Under the pieces are notes generated by a model. It was given only the letters and a program-made list of their open reading frames with translations, did not search any database and was not told the origin of the DNA. A stretch of 38,867 nucleotides of DNA from NCBI GenBank assembly GCA_019307665.1, contig JAFDJC010000003.1:1-38867 (forward strand), given 5' to 3'. This DNA is from Deltaproteobacteria bacterium (GTDB lineage: Bacteria > Desulfobacterota > Desulfobacteria > Desulfobacterales > SURF-7). Positions 8,623-17,986 of this stretch are shown one piece after another (within the stretch, counting starts at the first letter, position 1; the number at the start of each line of letters is the position of its first letter). The translations under genes were made by a program, and so were the position numbers.

Positions 8623-11125
8623 GACTCACGCGCTCAATAATCTCGTTCTGCAGTTCTCTCCCCACAGTTGTAAAATACGCATTGTATCCTGTCACCCGCA
8701 CCAGAAGGTGACGATAATCGCCCGGATTATCCTGTGCGTCTTTTAACATCTCGGGGTCAAGTATGTTAATCTGGAGTGCCGTTCCCCCGTTTTCAGTATA
8801 TCCTTTCAAGAAAGCCTTGAACTTTTCTCTATGTTCAGGGTCTTTTATTATTGAAGGATTAAAGGTAATGGTATGGCTTGAACCGTTCGGAAGCATATTG
8901 ACATAATCCTCCCAGTCGCCTTCACCGTTTTCAACCCTTCCACCAAGTGCTTTGCCTGCAGAATTTGCGTTTGCCGTAGGCCCGTTTATGTCCGCACCAT
9001 TTGTGGGGCAGATGGCATTTGAAAGAAATTTGCCCTTTTCTCTTCCATCCGCACTTGCAGCCATTATATACCCATCACCGACCCAGTAGTTCCAGCTGAG
9101 CATTCCGGGTCTGAACTGCCTTCCGGTCGATTTGGTTTTATGCTTCCATGTTTCATCGCACCAAAGTGCCATTACCTCGGCAGCCATTTTGTCGGCTATA
9201 TCATCATCCCTGCCGTATTTCGTGGCCCTGTTTTTTGCCATTGCCTGAAGGACATCAAAACCTTTCCAGTTTGCCTTTAGAGCTTTCACAAGTTCCGCCA
9301 TGGTGCATTTCTTTTCATCAAAAACCAGGTATTTTACGGCAAGAAGGGAATCAACGGTCGTTGCAAAGGTAACCGCCTCAAGCGTTGTAAGGCTGATTTC
9401 CGCGCCGCCCTTGGTGATATCAATACCCTTTTCCGCGCATCCTTTTACAAGGCATGACAGGTAGGGTGTTGGGAAATATTCAGCCCTGATACTTTCAGAT
9501 CGTTCATAAAGGTCTGCACATCTTTTAATGATATATTCGGTTTGAACCCTGTATGCGTCCCAAAATTCCTCCCATGAAGCAAAATTTGCGGCATCGCCGG
9601 TTTCAGGACCATCCTGCAGTATTTTTTCCGTCTTTCCCGTCATGAGGTTGTTGAAGGGAATAAGGTCCCTGCCGCCTGTCAGTGCCAGTTCAACCGCCTT
9701 AAGGAGGTTCAGGTTGTTATCAACGGTTCCTGAGCGGTCGTTTCCCACCATTGTGTTTTCAAGGCATCCAACAGGTGCGTATTCAAAAACATTATCCTCA
9801 TTAATAAGATGGGAAAGTCCTGCAAATTTGGCTTCCCGCATCATCCCGGCCATTGAACGTTCATCAAAATTCAAAAGAAACGGCGCGCCCTGGCTCGATG
9901 CTATCATATCAACCAGTTTATCAAGGAGTTCTTCAGGCGAATTCCGGTGAAGTCTCACATTTGGTTTGGGCTCAAGAATTGGTGTCATATCATCAATAAC
10001 TTCAAGCATTGCGTATGTCAGGTCATTTGTCATGTCGGCACCGTTTTTTCCGATACCTGACAACGTGATAAGCTGACCAAAGCCTGCATTTATCCCCTGA
10101 TGGCCGTTTCTGATCATTGCGTCATAGGCTGTATTGCAGTGCATCCAGAAGCATTTCAGTATTTCCTTGCCAAATTCCCTGTCCATACCGTTATTCAATG
10201 AATATTCCCAAAAAGGAAGCAGGTACTGGTCTATCCGTCCAAAAGAAATGCCAGGCCCGGGATAGTTCTCATCACTCATAATGAGCATATGAGTAATCCA
10301 CAGCGCCTGTACTGCTTCCCAGAATGTTTCAGGAGGTTCCCACAGCACTTGATCAAGGTTTTTGGCCATGTTTGACAGTTCTTCCCTGCGGTCATCCTGC
10401 TTCTCTGATGATGCAAGTTCCCTACATAAACCCGCATATCCTGCAGCAAGCTCGCCCGGCATTTTAGCTGAAGTCATCATGGCCCTCAACTGTTCTCCCA
10501 TATAACTATCCTTCTGTTCTTCCGACAGGCTTTGATACTTTGATTCCAGGTCTTGATATATGCCTTTCCACCCGATCTTCAGAGCCCTTTCATGGCCCGG
10601 CACCAGGTGACCGCTTGTTGCGCCGGCATTTCCATAACCATGATCATGAAACCATTTCACCGCACCCCTGACACCGTCTTTTCCTGCAATCATCTTGTTA
10701 TATGTTTTCTGTTCATCCTCATTCAGGCACATGGAGGTTTGAAGGTTAAACCTTCCGCCACAGATAAGGTCGCCCGGCAAAATCTCTTTGGGCAGGTGGT
10801 TAACCATCACCTCTTTTACAAAGAACGCCCTTCTCTCCGGAATGCTTTTTGACCAGAAATCATTGGAAAGCTTAATATCACGGGCAGCCTGACGAAAAGA
10901 CCCCCCCAATGCCTGGATTAACAGATAGGCTTCCGGAACAATATAATATGTCATTTCGTTAAACTGGATATCCCACGCAGTACCGGTTGACCAGGCAGTA
11001 AATTGATTATTCCAGGCTCTATCATTGCCCTTGAAATAATAATCCCTGAGCCATTGAACTCGAGCCGAGAGACCTTTTGGTTCCTTGATTCTTTTTTCGA
11101 CTGATTTTTTCTGAGTCTTGCTCAT
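8609..11125 (-). CDS. Glycyl radical enzyme (PFL2/glycerol dehydratase superfamily), substrate unknown
   Basis: C-terminal glycyl loop LLVRVTGYNAYF, Cys loop PVGCLEN, SFGRIDQYL, KYGRDD, SADGR..G; SD GGAGG. Confidence 0.95.
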   Translation of the reverse strand: MSKTQKKSVEKRIKEPKGLSARVQWLRDYYFKGNDRAWNNQFTAWSTGTAWDIQFNEMTYYIVPEAYLLIQALGGSFRQAARDIKLSNDFWSKSIPERRAFFVKEVMVNHLPKEILPGDLICGGRFNLQTSMCLNEDEQKTYNKMIAGKDGVRGAVKWFHDHGYGNAGATSGHLVPGHERALKIGWKGIYQDLESKYQSLSEEQKDSYMGEQLRAMMTSAKMPGELAAGYAGLCRELASSEKQDDRREELSNMAKNLDQVLWEPPETFWEAVQALWITHMLIMSDENYPGPGISFGRIDQYLLPFWEYSLNNGMDREFGKEILKCFWMHCNTAYDAMIRNGHQGINAGFGQLITLSGIGKNGADMTNDLTYAMLEVIDDMTPILEPKPNVRLHRNSPEELLDKLVDMIASSQGAPFLLNFDERSMAGMMREAKFAGLSHLINEDNVFEYAPVGCLENTMVGNDRSGTVDNNLNLLKAVELALTGGRDLIPFNNLMTGKTEKILQDGPETGDAANFASWEEFWDAYRVQTEYIIKRCADLYERSESIRAEYFPTPYLSCLVKGCAEKGIDITKGGAEISLTTLEAVTFATTVDSLLAVKYLVFDEKKCTMAELVKALKANWKGFDVLQAMAKNRATKYGRDDDIADKMAAEVMALWCDETWKHKTKSTGRQFRPGMLSWNYWVGDGYIMAASADGREKGKFLSNAICPTNGADINGPTANANSAGKALGGRVENGEGDWEDYVNMLPNGSSHTITFNPSIIKDPEHREKFKAFLKGYTENGGTALQINILDPEMLKDAQDNPGDYRHLLVRVTGYNAYFTTVGRELQNEIIERVSHEGF

Positions 11126-11135
11126 AACCGCCTCC

Positions 11136-11858
11136 TTATTTTGAAATAATTTCTCTCAATCTCTCTTCACCGTGAATAAGCATCCTGTGCATTACGTCAA
11201 CCGATTTTACGCCATCTTTTTTTTCAAGAGCATCTACCATCTCTTTATGAAAACTAAATACTTCCGGTATCACGTCCGGATCCTGAAAAAACTGGCCGGA
11301 CATGCTGGTATATACGGGTCTGAATGAATTTAAAAGCATCGGATAGCTCAAATTATCAGTTGCCATGGCCACCAGATGATGAAAATCAAAGTCGATCTCG
11401 GTTATCTGTGCAATATTCTTATGGTCGACCTCTTCTTCCTGCTTAATAATTTTCTTGAATTGAAGCATCTGTTCCGAAGTTCGATTACTTGCCGCAAGTT
11501 TTGCATTCTCTTTTTCCATAAGCATGCGCATGGCAAGAAGACTCTCGAGTAGCTTGGGATCCAGCATTCCGTTGTGATAACTGATTAATGAAGTCAGAAT
11601 TGCAACCGAGCCTTCCCTTCGATAGTCATTGACAACCGTTCCGATTCTGGGAATCATGGATACCAGGCCTTTTGCGGCAATTTCAACGAGCGCTTCGTGA
11701 ACAACCGGCCTGCTGACGCCCAGTTGCACCGCCAGTTCCCTTTCAGGCGGCAATTTTTTACCCACAGGCAGCTTTCCGGACAATATAAGTTCCTCAAATC
11801 GTCTGATGCAGACTGCTTTTAAACTTTCTGTTCTTACTGGCTTGATCATATCGAGCAT
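11136..11858 (-). CDS. GntR family (FadR subfamily) transcriptional regulator
   Basis: LPPERELAVQLGVSRPVVHEAL winged HTH; FCD domain with DFDFHH and distal His residues. Start placed at ATG 11858 because the promoter lies at 11894-11922. Confidence 0.93.
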   Translation of the reverse strand: MLDMIKPVRTESLKAVCIRRFEELILSGKLPVGKKLPPERELAVQLGVSRPVVHEALVEIAAKGLVSMIPRIGTVVNDYRREGSVAILTSLISYHNGMLDPKLLESLLAMRMLMEKENAKLAASNRTSEQMLQFKKIIKQEEEVDHKNIAQITEIDFDFHHLVAMATDNLSYPMLLNSFRPVYTSMSGQFFQDPDVIPEVFSFHKEMVDALEKKDGVKSVDVMHRMLIHGEERLREIISK

Positions 11859-11882
11859 AAATATTGATTCCTTTTTGGCTGG

Positions 11883-11893
11883 TGGTAATACCA
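11883..11893. promoter_or_regulatory. FadR/PdhR-type operator TGGT-N3-ACCA
   Basis: TGGTAATACCA lies immediately downstream of the -10 box of the gntR promoter and matches the FadR-subfamily consensus TnGT-N3-ACnA. Confidence 0.75.
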
Positions 11894-11922
11894 AATATAT
11901 AACGGTAGAATATGAATGTCAA
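11894..11922 (-). promoter_or_regulatory. Sigma70 promoter of the gntR-GRE operon
   Basis: Minus strand TTGACA (11922-11917), 17-nt spacer, TATATT (11899-11894). Confidence 0.75.
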
Positions 11923-11979
11923 GTGAATTTTATAAAGATGGTTAATTTGACAGCTGACACATCATCGTTATTTCTGTTT

Positions 11980-12780
11980 TTATCGTGTCGTGAATTCATT
12001 AATCGGAGGCCAATAGCTCTTTTTGTATTTTGTTGATAAGTTGTTATGGCTTGCGCCTTCAATTTTAACGAATAGTTTCTCTGTTTTTATTTTGGTGTAT
12101 ATCCTTTTCCCCATTTCGAATGGAACTACATTGTCCTGTGTCCCGTGAATTATCAAAACCGGGCATGATATATTGACGATTTTGTCAATATTATTGAACG
12201 AGTTCCCGGCAAAAACTGAAGCAAGACCAAACCCTGCTGCTTTGGCAAAATCTTCTCCGCTTGTTAAAGGAGTGACGAGAATAAGCCCGGCAATATTTAA
12301 ATTTTGAGAAGTATTTATTGCAACGGCAGTTCCGATTGAGCGTCCTAAAATAGTTACATTGCTTACTGAGAAACCAAGGCTTTGGACAGCATAGGTGAGG
12401 GCTGCTTTGCCGTCAGTGTATATCCCCTTTTCGCTTGGTTCACCCTGGCTCTTTCCGTAGCCACGGTAACTGACACCCAGTACATTGATTCCTAAATTGT
12501 TAATTTGCATTAAGTCAGGCAAACGACTAGAAATATTACCTCCGTTTCCATGAAAGTAGATAAGTATTTTATTTGATGATTTGTCTGGGATGAAGTAACT
12601 TTGAATTTTTACCCGGTCTTCAGTTTCAATGAAAATTTCCTGTACGTTTAACGGGAGTTGGCCCGTTAAAATTACATTTTTTTTATCCGGGTGAAATGCC
12701 ATTTTGTTAACAACAATCTTACACCCATACAAAAATAAAATACTCAGTAATGCCGTTAATATTAGCGCTGTTTTTTTCAT
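11980..12780 (-). CDS. Alpha/beta hydrolase (ABHD13/ABHD17-like), probable lipoprotein
   Basis: YFHGNGGN, YRGYGKS.G.PSEKG, GRSIG nucleophile elbow, HGTQDNVVP, GASHN; N-terminal MKK + hydrophobic stretch + LYGC lipobox. Confidence 0.9.
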   Translation of the reverse strand: MKKTALILTALLSILFLYGCKIVVNKMAFHPDKKNVILTGQLPLNVQEIFIETEDRVKIQSYFIPDKSSNKILIYFHGNGGNISSRLPDLMQINNLGINVLGVSYRGYGKSQGEPSEKGIYTDGKAALTYAVQSLGFSVSNVTILGRSIGTAVAINTSQNLNIAGLILVTPLTSGEDFAKAAGFGLASVFAGNSFNNIDKIVNISCPVLIIHGTQDNVVPFEMGKRIYTKIKTEKLFVKIEGASHNNLSTKYKKSYWPPINEFTTR

Positions 12781-13016
12781 AATTTATTATGTGAATGCGG
12801 CAAATAACGTATATTGCTTTCAATTTAAATTATTAATAATGGCAGCATAACATTAAGATATTTTGGAATCAATGCTTAGAAATTCCGGCTTTTCACCAAG
12901 ATCTATCATGTTTAAAAAAAAATAACTACAGCATATAGAAGAAGGTAATCAGAGGGATTATATGCCCAAAAATTGCAATTGGTCGATAGCCGCACCCGGG
13001 TTTGGCTGCAAACAAT

Positions 13017-13100
13017 TCCCCAAAGGGGATAAGGAATATAGCCTCGGGTTTCAACCGTGGTGGCAGGGCACCAAATCGTATTAAGCCCTGAACAGGGCGA
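13017..13100. repeat. Degenerate REP-like hairpin cluster
   Basis: TCCCC-AAA-GGGGA (13017-13029), TAGCCTCGGGTTTCAACCGTGG (13039-13060) and GCCCTG-AA-CAGGGC (13085-13098) in a 510-bp intergenic gap. Confidence 0.5.
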
Positions 13101-13160
13101 TGAAAAAATTAGACGAAAATATCTTCCGGTCATAATATTATCTGTACTGTCAATGTTAAG

Positions 13161-13193
13161 CTGTCTATATTCTTGTTCACCTGTCTATATTCT
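13161..13193. repeat. Perfect 13-bp direct repeat CTGTCTATATTCT, 20-bp period
   Basis: Copies at 13161-13173 and 13181-13193, 100 bp upstream of moeA. Confidence 0.8.
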
Positions 13194-13292
13194 GTAGAAA
13201 ATCAAAGGGCCGCCTATCCGGCCTTAAAATAAAAATATGACATTCTAAAGGATTCTTTGCATATTTTATTAAAGTGAGCTAAATTTGTTGAC

Positions 13293-14531
13293 ATGAGTAC
13301 TTTTAAAAATTTTTTCAAAGTAAAAAACATTGAAGAGGTTCTGTCCCTGGAATCATTATTTCCTCAACTGGGAACTGAAGAGATTCCTCTTCTCAATGCA
13401 TCGGGAAGAGTTCTTGCCTCAGACATTATATCAGATGCCGACCTCCCGGGTTTTGACCGCTCTACCATGGATGGTTTTGCTGTGGTCGCCTCATCAACAT
13501 TCGGTGCAAGCGACGGCAGCCCTGCCTTTCTCAACATTAAAGGCACTGTCCCAATGGGTGAGGAGCCTGACTTTTCTATCAGGCCTGGGGAGGCGGCAAG
13601 AATGCCAACCGGAGGTATGCTGCCGGAAGGCGCTGACAGCGTCATCATGATAGAACTGACTGAAGCGATCGATGACGATTCCATTGAAATATATAAAAGT
13701 GTCGCCCCCGGAAACGATATCATTAAAAGAGGTGAGGATTACAAGGCCGGAGATACCATAATATCGGCCGGCTGCAGATTGCGTCCCCAGGATGTGGGAC
13801 TGCTGGCGGCGTTTGGACAAGATCCTGTCTCCGTATTTAAACAGCCGGTTGTCGGGATCATATCTACAGGAGACGAGATTGTTCCGGTCAATAAAAATCC
13901 CGGATCGGCGGAAGTAAGAGATACCAATACGTATTCACTGGCGGGCTTTGTGAAAGATGCAGGAGCAATACCCGTGACATTTGGGATAGCGAAAGACAAC
14001 TTTGATGAACTGCTCAAAATGTGCAGCAAAGCAATAGAAGAGACCGATATGGTGATCCTATCGGGTGGAAGTTCTGTTGGAACACGTGACTTCACAATAG
14101 AAGTCCTCTCTTCATTGCCTGAATCAGAAATACTGGTTCATGGCATATCGATCAGTCCGGGCAAGCCGACCATTCTTGCGAAGACACGCGGCAAGGCGGT
14201 CTGGGGACTTCCAGGCCACGTCGTATCATCAATGATTGTTTTTAAAGTAATCGTCAGGCCTTTTATTGAACATATCGGAGGAGTCTCTCTAACAAACAGA
14301 AAACAGCAATGGACTAAAGCAAAGATGACACGCAACATATCGTCAGCCCAGGGAAGAATAGATTGTATTCGCGTAAAGCTCTCTAGGACCAACAGAACAC
14401 TTTTTGCAGAACCTGTTTTGGGAAAATCCGGCCTTATCAATACAATGGTAAAGGCTGACGGAATTGTCATGGTCGACATTAATTCAGAAGGAATTGAAGA
14501 GGGAGCTGAGGTTGATGTCATACAGATATGA
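13293..14531 (+). CDS. moeA: Molybdopterin molybdotransferase MoeA
   Basis: GRVLA, FDRSTMDGFAV, TGGMLPEGADSVIMIE, STGDE, SGGSSVG.RD, PGKP, GLPG. Confidence 0.96.
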   Translation: MSTFKNFFKVKNIEEVLSLESLFPQLGTEEIPLLNASGRVLASDIISDADLPGFDRSTMDGFAVVASSTFGASDGSPAFLNIKGTVPMGEEPDFSIRPGEAARMPTGGMLPEGADSVIMIELTEAIDDDSIEIYKSVAPGNDIIKRGEDYKAGDTIISAGCRLRPQDVGLLAAFGQDPVSVFKQPVVGIISTGDEIVPVNKNPGSAEVRDTNTYSLAGFVKDAGAIPVTFGIAKDNFDELLKMCSKAIEETDMVILSGGSSVGTRDFTIEVLSSLPESEILVHGISISPGKPTILAKTRGKAVWGLPGHVVSSMIVFKVIVRPFIEHIGGVSLTNRKQQWTKAKMTRNISSAQGRIDCIRVKLSRTNRTLFAEPVLGKSGLINTMVKADGIVMVDINSEGIEEGAEVDVIQI

Positions 14532-14579
14532 CTACAGACAACAAATAAATTTTTTGACTTATTACGGAGTTGCCATTAA

Positions 14580-16520
14580 ATGACCTTAAAAAGAAATATT
14601 TATCTTGATATGAAGACACTTGAGAAGGCAAGGGAAATTCTGTTCACATCGTTTCCTTTGTCTTCTTTTCTGACAAAAGAGTCCGTACCGGTTGCAGATG
14701 CTGTCGGAAGGGTTTTGGCAGAAGCTGTTTTTGCCAAGATTTCTTCACCGCCATTCCATGCCGCAGCAATGGACGGCATTGCAATAAAAGCTTCAGATTC
14801 ATTTGGTGCAGCAGAAAACCATCCGATTGAGTTTATATCCGATAAAAATGCATTCTATGTAAATACAGGCCATGTCCTGCCTGAAAATACCGATGCGGTT
14901 ATTATGATAGAGTACGTAAATCGGAAAGATGATAAAAGACTTGAAATTGAATCCCCTGCATATCCCTGGCAGAATATAAGAAAGCTCGGGGAAGATATTG
15001 TGGCCACAGAACTGCTTTTTCCTGTAAATCATAAGGTGACACCATACTGCATAGGCGCACTTCTTTCAGCAGGAATCACATCTGTTGAAGTCAAGAAGAA
15101 GCCAAAGGGCCTTATTGTTCCAACAGGTTCAGAGTTGATAGATGCAGACAGTGCACTATCCGTCGGATTAAAACCAGGGCAGCTAATAGAATCGAATTCC
15201 CATGTACTCGCCAAACTGATTGAGTCATATGGCGGTGCATTTGAAAGAAAAGGCATAATCCGGGATGACATAGGGCAAATTGAGAAGATCATATCTGATG
15301 CTGCAGAAGATAAAAACTGTAACTTTATTCTAATCTGTGGCGGTTCTTCCGCAGGCTCTCACGACTTCTCCAAGGCATCAATCAACAACCTGGGAACAAT
15401 TCTGGTTCACGGCGTTACGATAATGCCCGGCAAACCGGTTATCATTGCGGATGTAAATGGGAAGCCTGTTTTTGGGGTTCCCGGTTATCCGGTATCGACA
15501 ATCATAGCTTTCGAGCAGTTTATCGGCCCCATGATCGCAATGATGCTTGGGCAATCTGACAAGGAAAAAACAACCATCAATGTTGAACTGACCCGGAAAG
15601 CAGCTTCCAAGCTTGGTATCGAAGAATTTCTTCGTGTCAAACTTGGCAAAATAGGCAAAAGGATTGTCGCCACATCCCTGCCCCGTGGTGCGGGAAGCAT
15701 TACCACCATTACCGAAGCTGATGGTATCATAAGAATTCCCAATCATATTGAAGGACTGAACGCACACGAACCTGTAAAAGCCGAACTCTTGCGCCCTCTT
15801 GCTTCTATTGAGAACACTATAATTGCCACAGGAAGTCATGACAACACCCTTGATGTTCTTGCAGACCTTCTGAAAGCTTCGGGAACCGGGATCACTCTTT
15901 CGTCAAATCATGTCGGCAGCATGGGTGGACTTATGGCGATTAAAAAAAAAGTCTGCCATATTGCAGGTTCGCATCTTCTAGATACTGAAGACGGCTCATA
16001 TAACATCTCATGGATTAAAAAATACCTGCCGGGTATTAATATAAAACTTGTCAACCTTGTATCAAGGGAACAGGGTCTGATAGTAAAGTCCGGGAATCCA
16101 AAAAATATTCGCAGTCTCGAAGATATCGCAAAAGATGATATTATGTTTATAAACCGCCAGGCTGGCTCCGGAACAAGAATTCTACTTGATTACAGGCTGA
16201 AAAACTACGGCATCGACCCTTCCAAAATAAAAGGTTATGAAAACGAAGAATTTACACACATGTCTGTTGCAGCAGCTGTTTTAAGCGGTGCCGCCGACAC
16301 AGGGCTTGGAATACATGCGGCAGCGACAGCACTTGATCTGGACTTTATCCCGGTTGTTACAGAGCAGTATGATCTTGTCATCCCAAAAGAGCACTTTAAA
16401 ACAGAGATGATCCAAAAGCTTCTTGATATTATCAACACAGATACCTTCAAATCGCGCGTTCGCGCTCTTGGAGGGTATGGAACTGAGAATACCGGAAAAC
16501 TGATAAATGAAATTACATAA
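14580..16520 (+). CDS. moeA: MoeA fused to a C-terminal PBP/LysR-substrate-binding domain (Mo/W cofactor biosynthesis)
   Basis: AAMDGIA, TGSEL, GSSAGSHD, PGKP, PGYPVS, then GSHD, GSMGGL, AGSHLLD, NRQAGSGTR. Confidence 0.93.
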   Translation: MTLKRNIYLDMKTLEKAREILFTSFPLSSFLTKESVPVADAVGRVLAEAVFAKISSPPFHAAAMDGIAIKASDSFGAAENHPIEFISDKNAFYVNTGHVLPENTDAVIMIEYVNRKDDKRLEIESPAYPWQNIRKLGEDIVATELLFPVNHKVTPYCIGALLSAGITSVEVKKKPKGLIVPTGSELIDADSALSVGLKPGQLIESNSHVLAKLIESYGGAFERKGIIRDDIGQIEKIISDAAEDKNCNFILICGGSSAGSHDFSKASINNLGTILVHGVTIMPGKPVIIADVNGKPVFGVPGYPVSTIIAFEQFIGPMIAMMLGQSDKEKTTINVELTRKAASKLGIEEFLRVKLGKIGKRIVATSLPRGAGSITTITEADGIIRIPNHIEGLNAHEPVKAELLRPLASIENTIIATGSHDNTLDVLADLLKASGTGITLSSNHVGSMGGLMAIKKKVCHIAGSHLLDTEDGSYNISWIKKYLPGINIKLVNLVSREQGLIVKSGNPKNIRSLEDIAKDDIMFINRQAGSGTRILLDYRLKNYGIDPSKIKGYENEEFTHMSVAAAVLSGAADTGLGIHAAATALDLDFIPVVTEQYDLVIPKEHFKTEMIQKLLDIINTDTFKSRVRALGGYGTENTGKLINEIT

Positions 16521-17940
16521 ATTAGATGATTACAGATGGGAAGTGCCAAAAACCGGCAATATGAATACATGCGGCCGAATTTATTCAAATGAAGCAATGA
16601 TAAAGGCAGTCAAACAGGAAGAAGCTTATCAACAGGTTGCAAATGTTGCATGTCTGCCCGGAATACTCGGCGCATCTCTTGGAATGCCTGATATCCACTG
16701 GGGATACGGATTTCCCATCGGAGGTGTCGCGGCATTTGATCTGGATTCAGGTGTCATATCTCCGGGTGGTGTCGGCTACGACATAAACTGCGGTGTAAGA
16801 CTCGCTGCTTCCTCCCTCTCAATCAAGGATATAAAGAACAGGTTGGAAGATCTCGCAAACGCACTTTATCGTAATATACCCTGTGGCGTCGGTTCTACAG
16901 GCTCTTTGAGGCTTTCAAAAAAAGACGAAAAAACAGTGCTGCGCGAAGGCAGCAGATGGGCTGTGACCCAGGGATTCGGTGAAGATACGGATATAACCCA
17001 TACAGAAGACAGCGGATGTATGAAGAATGCAGATCCTTCAGAGTTAAGCGACAGGGCGCTTGAAAGAGGACTTCGTCAATTAGGCACATTGGGAGCCGGC
17101 AATCATTTTATTGAAGTCGGAAGAGTCGAGACAATCTACAACAAGACTGTTGCCGACCGCTTCGGTCTTTTTGAAGGGCAGGTAACACTCATGATCCATT
17201 CAGGATCAAGGGGCCTCGGTCATCAGGTATGTGATGATTTTCTTGCGCTTATGACAAAGCATTCAAAAAGGCTCGGCTTTGATCTTCCGGACAGGCAGCT
17301 CTCCTGCGCCATGATCAAATCTGACGAAGGTGAAAGGTATTTCAATGCAATGGCATGTGCTGCCAATTATGCATGGACAAACCGTCAGATTCTTCTTCAC
17401 AGGGCAAGGAAAGTGTTTTATGAAGTCTTTGGAATCGGACCAAGGGATCTCTCCATGAATCTTGTCTATGATGTCTGTCATAATATAGCCAAGAAGGAGG
17501 AGCATATTGTCGACGGGATCAAACGTGTTGTCTGTGTGCATAGAAAAGGCGCAACAAGATCTTTTCCTCCCGGCCATCCTTCGATTTGCGATGAATACAG
17601 GGATATAGGACAGCCGATCCTGATACCCGGAGATATGGGTACTGCATCATATGTTCTTGTTGGTACTCAGAAAGCCATGGAAGAAACATTCGGTTCTACA
17701 TCCCACGGTGCAGGCCGTGTATTAAGCAGAAAAGCCGCCAAAAAGACAAGTAGAGGAAGGGCTATACACCGCGAACTCGAAGATAAAGGGATATTCGTAC
17801 GATGGACCGGTAAAACGACACTTGCTGAAGAAATGCCTGAAGCTTACAAAGACATTTCAAAAGTTGTCGAGGTTGTGCATAATGCAGGAATATCAGAAAA
17901 GGTAGCAAAGCTTAAACCCCTTGTTGTCATCAAAGGTTGA
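16507..17940 (+). CDS. rtcB: RNA-splicing/repair ligase RtcB (long, archaeal-like type)
   Basis: MPDIHWGYGFPIGG, GYDINCG, GTLGAGNHF, HSGSRG, DVCHN, HRKGAT, SHGAGR, EEMPEAYK. Confidence 0.96.
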   Translation: MKLHKLDDYRWEVPKTGNMNTCGRIYSNEAMIKAVKQEEAYQQVANVACLPGILGASLGMPDIHWGYGFPIGGVAAFDLDSGVISPGGVGYDINCGVRLAASSLSIKDIKNRLEDLANALYRNIPCGVGSTGSLRLSKKDEKTVLREGSRWAVTQGFGEDTDITHTEDSGCMKNADPSELSDRALERGLRQLGTLGAGNHFIEVGRVETIYNKTVADRFGLFEGQVTLMIHSGSRGLGHQVCDDFLALMTKHSKRLGFDLPDRQLSCAMIKSDEGERYFNAMACAANYAWTNRQILLHRARKVFYEVFGIGPRDLSMNLVYDVCHNIAKKEEHIVDGIKRVVCVHRKGATRSFPPGHPSICDEYRDIGQPILIPGDMGTASYVLVGTQKAMEETFGSTSHGAGRVLSRKAAKKTSRGRAIHRELEDKGIFVRWTGKTTLAEEMPEAYKDISKVVEVVHNAGISEKVAKLKPLVVIKG

Positions 17941-17958
17941 CGGCTTTGTAAAAAGTCC
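17939..17958. repeat. Second copy of the GAYRGYTTYGTAAAAAGTCC intergenic motif
   Basis: GACGGCTTTGTAAAAAGTCC overlaps the rtcB stop; 16/20 identical to 809-828. Confidence 0.55.
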
Positions 17959-17986
17959 AATTAAGGAAAGCTATATATGGGTGATT

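Noticed and set aside
8609-11125. Calling the GRE pflB, cutC, bssA/assA or hpdB
   Set aside because: No CC motif, no small subunits and no diagnostic gene context, so no symbol can be supported.
12781-13292. Moco/Tuco riboswitch upstream of moeA; 73-aa ORF 12912-13133
   Set aside because: I could not identify the conserved riboswitch core by eye; the hairpins look like repeats and the ORF has no recognisable features.
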